Below, piece by piece: positions 54,781 to 64,000 of a stretch of DNA of 64,000 bases. The notes under the pieces were generated by a model. It was not told where the DNA came from. It searched no databases and saw only the letters and a program-made list of their open reading frames with translations. Source of the DNA: Cycas panzhihuaensis (lineage: Eukaryota > Plantae > Cycadophyta). How positions within the stretch are numbered: position 1 is the stretch's first letter; every line of letters starts with the position of its first letter. The position numbers and the translations under genes were made by a program. The stretch is taken from contig CM041465.1 of assembly GCA_023213395.1 (NCBI GenBank), positions 122,271,741-122,335,740 of the forward strand, given 5' to 3'.

Positions 54781-57700
54781 TGATAAGAATATAATAAATT
54801 ATAAAATATATAAAAATGGTAATATATAATGGTGTAAAAAGAACATTCTCCAAATAAGGATAGTTCATTGATTATGTGAGAGATGATCTCTCTATAAATA
54901 TAAGGAAAGTTTAGTAACTACTTACTACATGTAAGCCACTTGTCATTCTTACAATAAAGAGGGATTTCCATATGACTCTCATTAATTAACTATATAACAT
55001 AAGGTACTATTCTAAATAAAATGTTATTCTAACACCCTCTCTTAATGTTTTATCTATTTTAAGCAAAGCTTATCTCTAAGAAATTAAAATTTATCTTTGC
55101 TGAGAGGTTTAGTTAAGATATATGTAACTTATTCATTTGTTATACAATTTATCAACTCTATTTCTTTGTTTTAGACTTTTTTTTTGGATGAAATAATGAT
55201 TTACTTCAATATGCTTCATTTAAACATGAAGGACTGGGTTCTTTATCGATTTTATTATGCTTTGATTATCACAATAAAGAGTTATTAGACTATTCTACTT
55301 TTGATTCAGATCTGTTAGCAATTGTTTTAGCCATACTTCTTCACAAGATGTACTTTGATTTATGTTTGACCTCTATAGATGACAATGTAATAATTGGTTA
55401 CTTTTCACTACTCCAAGACATTGTTACTAGTTAAGAAGAAAATAATATCTAGTAGTTGACTTCTTATTTTATCTATCTCCTACCTAATAAGAGTTACTAT
55501 ATCTAACTAGCTTTTTTGCATCATTTTTTGTATACGTAAGTTCCATATTAGAGGTGCCTTTTAGATACCTGAGTATTCTTTTTGTTGCTCTCTAGTATGG
55601 CATTTTAGGATCCTACATATATTTAGAGATTACAACTATAGAATATAAGATATCAAGTCTGGTGGTAGCAGGATAAATTATACTTCCAACTAGTTGTCTA
55701 TATAAATTTGTATTGACTAGAGTTCCTTCTATGTCTTGAGTTAGATTATACCCTATCTTTGAAGGATATGCAAGGTGCAAAGTAGGACCATTAACTTGGC
55801 AAGTGCATTATATCTCAACTTGAGTTAATATCTCTGATTGATTCAAGGACAATATTAAAAAACACTAGGGAGGTATTCCCATCCCTTTTATAAGTGAATT
55901 TAGGGAGGCGACAAGTGCCTCAGCCCAACCTATCAAAATTCAAATTAGTATTAAAAAATAATAAGCAATAAATGAGCACAATAAATGAGCACATACCTTA
56001 ATAATGATCCGTCAGCTTCTCGGGTGGCTTGTGGCAGCTGTTATATGGCCTGGGGTGCCCTAAGGAGCCCCAAAGGTGGCTTTGAGGGGCCCTAGGTGTA
56101 TGGTAGCAAAAGTATAATGGGTATTATCCCAACAATCTCCCCCACAATGCCCAATGTGAATAACTCCCAAACTATCTTTGAATTTCTAGAATTTAACTTT
56201 GCCCAATGCTTTTGTGAAGATATCTGATGCTTGGTCTCTGATGTTATAATATGCCAATTCAATCTCTTCTACTTGCACTAGTTCTCAAATGAAGTGATGC
56301 TGAGTCTCAATGTATTTTGTACTACCATGAAAAACTAGATTCTTTGCCATCTGAATAGTGTTATGATTGTCATACCAAATTCTTGTGGGACCTTTCTATT
56401 TTAGCCAAAAATCTTATAGTGGTCTTCTCAACCAAATTGATTCATATGCACCTGCAACCACTGCTTTGTACTCTGCCTCAGCTATAGATAGGGAAATTAT
56501 GTTATGTTTCTTGGTACTCCATATTATAGCTACCGATCCCATATTAAACATATAACCTAACATTAATTTCCTCTCATCAATGTCTCCTTCCCAATTTGAG
56601 TCTATATAACCTGTCAAATAAAATTTTAATGAAGCTTTATAGTATAACCCATATTCTAATGTTCCTTTAAGATAACAAAGAATTCTTTCTACTGCTTGTC
56701 AATGGGTGGTCTTTGGATCTTGTATAAATCTAGATACAATATTGACTAAGTGTGTTATATCAGGTCAAGTGGATGTCAAATATATCAAGCTATCGATTAG
56801 TTGTTTGTAGAGCATAGGGTTAACTGATATAGAATCATCTAACTTGGAGAGCTTGATTCTAGTTTTTGTTGGAGTTACAAAAGGTTTATAATTGACCATC
56901 CTAAACTTTTATAATAAATCTAGGGTATATTTTTATTGGGAAATAAAAATGTCCTTCTTGTCTTACCATACTTTGAAGCCTAGGAAATAGTACATTAGTC
57001 CCAAATCTATCATCTTAAATTCTTTATACATAGCATCCTTAAAGTGTTGCAATAAGTGGGAGTCATTTCTGGTATACACAAGATCATCCATGTAAATTCC
57101 TACTATTAGGTTTAAGTCCCCCTTGATTTGAATGTAAATATTAGGATCTACTTGAGATCTTTCAAAACTTTGATCTCTAAAGTATTTGTCTATGCGAGAA
57201 TACCAAGCCTTGGGTACTTGTTTTAATCCATAGAGTGCCCTTTTAAGCTTATACACTTTATTTTTTGCCCCCCTGACTTCAAAACTAAGGGGTTGAATGA
57301 CATAAATATCCTCTTTGATATAGCTATTGAGGAAGGCACTTTTAATGTCCATTTAGTAGACTTTCCAACCCATTTAGGTGGCTAAGCTCATCATCATTCT
57401 AACTGTTTCCATCCGAGCAACAGGGGCAAAAGTTTCATTGTAATCAATGCCTTCCTTTTGGGCATAACCCTTAGCAACTAATCTGGCTTTGTATTTATCA
57501 ATAGATCCATTTGAACAAAACTTGGTTTTGTAGATCCATTTGGTATCAATAGCCTTTTTATTTAGAGGTAAGTTGAATAACTCCCAAGTATCATTTTTAA
57601 TAATGGAATGGTATTCATCTTCCATTACCTTTCACCAAGATGCATGTTTATTAGCCTCATAAAAAGTTTGAGGCTCATGAGATTCTAATACTTTGTTCAT

Positions 57701-60700
57701 GAGGGTAGAATTAATCCTATATAAGCATGTGAATCTATGAGTGTTGTCTAATATGTTACATAATTCATGATTCTGTTGAACCTATTTTGGAAGATTTTGT
57801 GGTGGAGGTTGAGAGAAAGTTCCCTCTCCACTAGGTTCATCAATGACTCTTCAGGAGTCAAACATAAGAGGCACATACTTGTATTTGGATGATTTATCAA
57901 ACTTGATTACAACTTCCTTCATCTTTTCTTAAATATCTTGATAATAGGCATCCTCCTAGAATTTAACATCTCTACTTAACATGGCCCTTTTTAACTTAGG
58001 GTCATAAACTTTATATGATTTAGAGGTTTTGCTATACCCAAGGAATATACATTTAATACTATGATTATCTAACTTGGACCTCCTGTGATTAGAAACATGA
58101 GTATATGCTAGGCATCTAAAGACTCTAAGTGATGTATGCTTGGTTTGTAGTCAGTCCAAGCTTCTTCAAGAGTTTTCTACCTAAGGGCTTTGGTGGAGCA
58201 CCTATTGAGTAGATAGATAGTTATATATACCGCTTTAGCCCAAAATTCATGTCCCAAATTCTTGTCCTTTAATATGCACCTAGCCATTTTGACTATTATA
58301 TGATTCTTTCTCTCTACTACACCATTTTGTTATGGGGTGTAGGGATTAGTGAGTTATCTTCTAATGCCATGATGAATACAATAAGCTTTGAATTCATTAG
58401 AGATAAATTATCCCCCATTATATGATCTTAGGATAGTAACTTGTATCTACTTTGTCACTCCACAAAGGTTTTGAAGTCAACAAAGTGTTGAAATATGTCT
58501 AATTTAAATTTGAGGAAGAATACCCATGTTTTCCTTGTGAAATCATCAATGAACATGATGAAATAGTGAGCTTCTGTTAATGAGGGGATATTCATTGGAC
58601 TGTAGATATCTATATATACTAGTTAAAGTGGACCCTATGCCTAATGATTGAAGTCTAGAAAATTTTCCTTATGTTGTTTACCAAGAAGGCATCCTTCACA
58701 TAGGTTTTTGTCCACTTCAATATATGGTAATCTATTTTTCATATTCATTCTTTGCATAAGGGCCAAACTATTATGGTTAAGATGTTCGAATCTCTTATAC
58801 CACAACATGCTATCCAATTTAACTATAGCTTTGAGAGGATAGGTATCTGAAGGAGTAAGAATAAGCTTGAATAATCTATCTTTGGTCATCTTTCCTTTTG
58901 ATACTATAGCTTTGTTTCTCCTTTATCCTTGATTAAACACTCACCTTTATCAAATATAACCTTGTAGTCTTGTCCCATCATCTACCCTATAGATAATAAA
59001 TTTTTCTTTAATGCTAAGACATGCAAGACATCATTAAGATGTCTATTCTCCTACATTTGTCATGAGGGCTATATTACCTCTACTAACCAATTCGTGGAAT
59101 GTATCATCACCAAACATTATATATCCATTTCTACTTTTATCCAAGGTTTGAAATAGGTGTTCCTTGTAAGTCATGTGGGTTGAATGACCCAAGACAATAT
59201 ACCAACTATCGTCTTCTTCTTCCTTAGTAGTGAAATTGGATAAAAATAATCTATTATTATCCCATGATTCTATTATGGTATGAGCACTCCCTTTAGTAGA
59301 TGGTTAATGTTTGGAAAAATACTCATCTTTTGAATGACCACTTCTATGACAATAGGAACAATATAAAGGATCTCTCCTTCCATAGCTCAACCTTCTACTT
59401 CTTGGATGAGATCTATCAATGTTGGAAGATCTCTCCCTTTTCTCATAATGTGGGGATGGATTTTTTCTTTTTTTGTTATCATAATAGTCCTGATTTGACC
59501 TTGAGGATTAAACATTCCCTTGACAATTGGGGCAATATGTGTGTCCCTCAAATTATTTTCCTTGGTTTGGGTACCTAGGGGGTTTACATTTTGTTAATTT
59601 CCTCTTTGGCTCCTTTGATGGAGGGTTTGGTACTTAGTTGGGTCTTATCTTATATCCCTTTTAGGGTTTCTATCTCTTCTTTTGGGAGGTGATTCCCTAG
59701 ATCTAAAGTTTATGCTTGAGAGTATGATTAAAGTTTAGCCTTAGTGGTAAAGGCATGCTCAAGTAATTCATTGGCATTTTATTATTCTTAGACCAACATT
59801 AACATAGCACTTAGTTGCTCTACCTTTAGTGTACTCAGGTCCTTTGACACCCTTATACTTGTTTCAAATATTTTAAATCTTCTAACTCTACTAATACATC
59901 TTAATATTCTTTCAACCACTCATTGTTCTATTAAAGTCTCCCCAAGGGACCTCATTTGGTTGACTATATCCTGAACCTTGGTCATAAACTCAGTTACTAA
60001 TTCTATGGGCATCATTCACAAATTCTCAAACTTTCTTCTAAGGTTTTGGAGCTTTGAGGAAGTAGCTCCTTCATAGATCAACTGGAGTGTGTCCCATGCT
60101 TCTTTTGATTTGGTTAATTTGCTAACATGAGAGAAAACGTGATTCTCTAATGCACAAAATATGAGTGCAAGAGCTTCGTTGTCCTTTCGAATGTTTTCTT
60201 TGTAAGTGGCTTTTCTTGCATCAATTGTATTTTATCCTAACTTACTATATCTTATGTTTACAATCTCCCACATATCGTTAGCAATGAGGATGGGTCTCAT
60301 TCTCCTACTCCAATTTAAAAAGTTATTTCCATTGAATTTAACAATTATCATGTTTTTAAAACTAGAGGCCATTTTTAGTTAAGGTTTTAAAAATGTGGTA
60401 AATGAGATGAGGCTTACAAATGTTTGAATTTGAAATTTAACCCTAGTGATAATATCTAAGGTTTTACCCAAAGTTTTTAGAGTGGACTAGTCCCTAATAA
60501 GGCTTCTAAGCTCTAAGTTTAAGGGTCTCCAAGGGAAACCTTTGGTTGATATTCTGTCTAATGGTGCCTGCCTACAAGTGGAAAAATAAGGACCCAATAT
60601 ACTAGTGCATGAGATCAAGGCTTGATATACCTTAGTACATGTGCTGCTATAAAGGTTTTTACACCTCTTTAAGTTGTGTATCTACCTGCATTGGACTTAT

Positions 60701-63700
60701 GCCTAGCGACAGATCTAGTGGTAAAGGTTGCATAAACCAAGGCATTCACCCTCCTTAGGTCTAGCCCTAGTCTCCGAACACCAATAAGGATAGGTTCTCC
60801 ACCTCAGCTTGCCACCTAATACATCTTATAGCTAATGGATTTCCTCATCTAATATGAGTAGGTCAGTTAATGTGTACGTGGTGGTAACTTCATCGGTCTT
60901 AATCGTTTCCTTTATAAGGTTGGAAAATAGTGTGATTGATTCAAGAGTTATCCTTTTTAATGTGAGAATATATTTATTAAAATTATGGTCTTACTTAGGT
61001 TTTGAAGAGTTCCTTTTATGTAGGAAATAAAGTAACTAAAAAAATAAATCCACTAAGCAAGATAAATATAAAGATCAACTTTTATAAAATGGAAATATAC
61101 TTCAAACTTTCAAATGAGTATATGTTATAAACTTTCTTCAAATCTCACTAAAGCAAGTAAATGAAGTAATGAAACTTTTCTTCTACAAGCAAGCCAAATA
61201 ATACAAGATAATATACAAATTAGTTCTTCTAACTTGATATGTTTGTAGAAAGAAACAAGAACCTATATGCTCCTTTAATGCTATTAAAATATAAAATTAA
61301 ACTTTACAGTTTTCAATGATTATAAGAAAAATAAACAATGGTATTTTGTAACTAACTTAGTAGATTTCAAATGAAATAAGGAACTAAAGCCTTGAATAAA
61401 AATGAAATGACTTCTTTGTCAAAGTATGTAAGACAATGAGAATGTCTAATTATCCCTTTTAAGAGCAAAATAGCTATATGAAAAACTTGAAATTCTTAAG
61501 TAGAACCTTTACTCAAAGTGATAAAAAGTACCAGAAGGTTGTATGTATTCAATGAATGATGTAATAAATAAATAGATTTAATGTAGATTATACCCGTTTG
61601 TTAAATTTGTACCACTTAGGTTACTGAAAGCTTAAAGTACTAAAAAAGATAACTCTTGGCTATAAAATAGCTTTAAAATGTATAGAAGAACCAATAGTAA
61701 CTTCAAGAGTTAATTAGTAATGATCAATGATACAAGTATAATCCTTTTTAAATAATAAAATGCTTAAAAAGTTATAAAAAATATGCTTGTCTAGGCTAAA
61801 TAATAAGCTCAAGTTGACCAGCTTTAAAAACCTATAAAAAAATATGAAAATCTAATTAAACTAATTCTAATGTGTATTACACTAAATTACCTTTCCAATG
61901 AATCAAACGGTTTGAAAAACGGAGCTCGTATGACAAAGTTATTATAAAAATAGTAAGAAGGTCTCTTTATGGCTAGTAAAATAATAACTGAAAGAAGGGG
62001 TCACTTTGACTAATTAAATCTCATCCAAAACAATCTCAAATTTTACAAATAATGATTCTACACTATATCACTCTAAAATACAATCATAATGGAACCAGTT
62101 TCATTGAAATTTGATATGCCAATGAGGAGATATAACAAAAAACGTGACAAAATCTCTTTGAAGAAAAAATACAAAGGAAACTTTTAACAAAATAGATTAG
62201 CCCCTTAATGAGCTAAGCCTGAGGGCACATGGAGGTCAATATGACCATTAGTTGGGGACCTAAGGGAGCTTTAGAATTTAAAGAACTATGAAAAGGAGCT
62301 AATTTCTTTTAAAACCAAAAGTAATTAAAAATAATTTATAAAATTTTAGGTTCAAGCCCCTTTTTTGCCAAAGACCAAGGTCATATAGGGTGTCAAAGTG
62401 ATCAAAATTGAGCTAAAGGTAATGAATTCCAATCAATATACAATACAATTAATTTTTTATTAACTTTATAACTTAATACAAATAAAATTTAAATTTAAAT
62501 AAAACAAGGTAGCTTCTATGACTTTCTTGACATCTACAACAAAATGTAGACATAAGATCAATCCAAAATGATCAAAGATTCTTGCAGATGCTTATGAGAT
62601 ATGAGGGGGACTCAGATATGATGGTAACAATGGATTTAGAGAAGAAATCTAACTAGAAAATAGCCTCAAAAATGAGTTTTTTGCTCACAGACTTGGAGGA
62701 GGGTGCACAAGCACTAAGAGATTTTGGAGCCTTGAAGACACTTCAAACGTTCATCAAACTCCATAAAATCATAAAGGGAGGGGTGCTATACATAGAGGGA
62801 GGTCTTGGAACATATGGTACTATGAATGATGCTTTGGTTTCTGAGAACGAATCTGCCAAAATCTGAGTGTCTTCATAGACCATGTGAAGAGGAACAAAGC
62901 TATATATAGCCCTAAACAGCCTCAAAATTTCTTTGTCAAGCATTAAAAGTGGGTGCAAGGCTCTTACAAATGCCAGTGAAGTTCCAGCAAGAAAAATAAT
63001 TTAGATTTACTTAAAAAACATGAAATAAATAGAGAGAGGTGAAGGCTCATAGAGAGATATCTCACTAATGAATGGACAAAAAAATAAATGGTCTTCACTA
63101 CTAGGTGGAGCACTTAGACATGATCAAAATGAGTAGTCATATGGCATAGTTCTGATCATTCTATAAGAAGTAGGAGTGAGATGAATATAGGTGATCAAGA
63201 GAGAACTAGGACATCAAATCACATACAAAGACATATAAAAAAAATAACAATGTAATTAATAATTTTATAAGATAAAACTTTAATATTCCATAATGTAATA
63301 TCATATACATACCATACGACATAAAACGATATCTGTGAATCTCACATAGAAGTCAAGATGGAACTCTGATACCAAATGAAGGATGTTTGAGGTGCAGAGC
63401 ATGACCATTAACTTGGCAAGTGCATTGTATCTCAACTTGAGTTAATATCTCTAATTGATTCAAGAGTGGTGTTGAAAAATACTAAGGAGGTATTCCCACC
63501 ACTTTTATAAGTGAATTTTGGGAGGCAGCATGTGCCTCAACCTGACATGTCAAAATTCAAATTAGTATTAAAAAATAATATGCAATAAATAAGCACATAC
63601 CTTAATAGTGATCCGTTGACTTCTTAGGTGGCTTGTGGTAGCTGTTATATGGCCCAAGGTGCCCAAGGGAGCCCTAATAGTGGCTTTGAGGGGCCCTAGG

Positions 63701-64000
63701 TACATGATAGCAAAAGTATGTTGGAATATTATCCCAAAAGTCTTCATTGGTGTTACACAACGGTTGTAGTCTTTTATTTTGAATTTCCTTAGCAAATTCC
63801 TGATATACTTATTTTTCAGTATGGTGATTAAGTCATTCTTCTATTTTACTTCTATACTAAGATAATAACATGGAAGTCCTAAGTCAGTCATTTCAAATCT
63901 CTTTTCTAGTCAAGTTTTTATGATTGTAGTGGACTCTATATCACTACCTACAAGAATCATGTCATCTATGTAAACAACAGTTATGGTGATCAATTCTTTA
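54781..64000 (-). mobile_element. Outer copia element (RT-RH, 3' LTR ~54781-55034) running off the right edge
   Basis: ...CTAACA at 55034 followed by the PPT complement CCCTCTCTTAAT; RNase H/RT remnants 55050-55759 resume at 63740 (TPMKT|GYNL...NLYRQLVGS). Confidence 0.8.
55760..63739 (-). mobile_element. Full-length degenerate Ty1/copia element ('F') with ~3 kb leader
   Basis: LTRs 55760-56134 and 63377-63739; TSD ATCTT/GTCTT; PBS complement ACTCTGATACCA 63363-63374; PPT complement TCTCCCCC after 56134; gag ATG at 60372 (MASSFKNMIIVKFNGNNFLNW); ORFs 58641-58889, 57374-57625, 56963-57352 and 56414-56617 are IN/RT/RH pieces. Confidence 0.95.

Overview
AT-rich plant nuclear DNA, probably from a large-genome seed plant. 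A gymnosperm is my guess from the TE style and the heavy C>T erosion; this is not proven. About 95% of the window is a nested stack of decayed retroelements: Ty1/copia, chromodomain Ty3/gypsy, non-autonomous LTR elements, a solo LTR and two LINE pieces. Many boundaries can be read directly from LTR pairs, tRNA-iMet PBSs, PPTs and 5-bp TSDs. One intact host gene is present: an ELF4-like (DUF1313) clock-family CDS with no intron in the coding region, at 21644-21994 (-), in a ~1.6 kb CpG-retaining island. The most unusual observations: (i) two non-autonomous LTR elements carry apparent captured host-gene pieces, an AVT6-type amino-acid transporter 5' fragment and an unidentified four-exon piece with short GT-AG introns lying antisense in its element; (ii) a 13-codon uORF whose stop overlaps the ELF4-like start (TAATG); (iii) a tandem array of tRNA-like A-box/B-box units upstream of that gene; (iv) a 2.8 kb alternating purine-pyrimidine array inside the leader of a gag-only LTR element; (v) PBS-like sequence following 3' LTRs. 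The long Ile-Tyr ORFs are microsatellite artefacts. Coordinates were read by eye, and no alignments or database searches were run.
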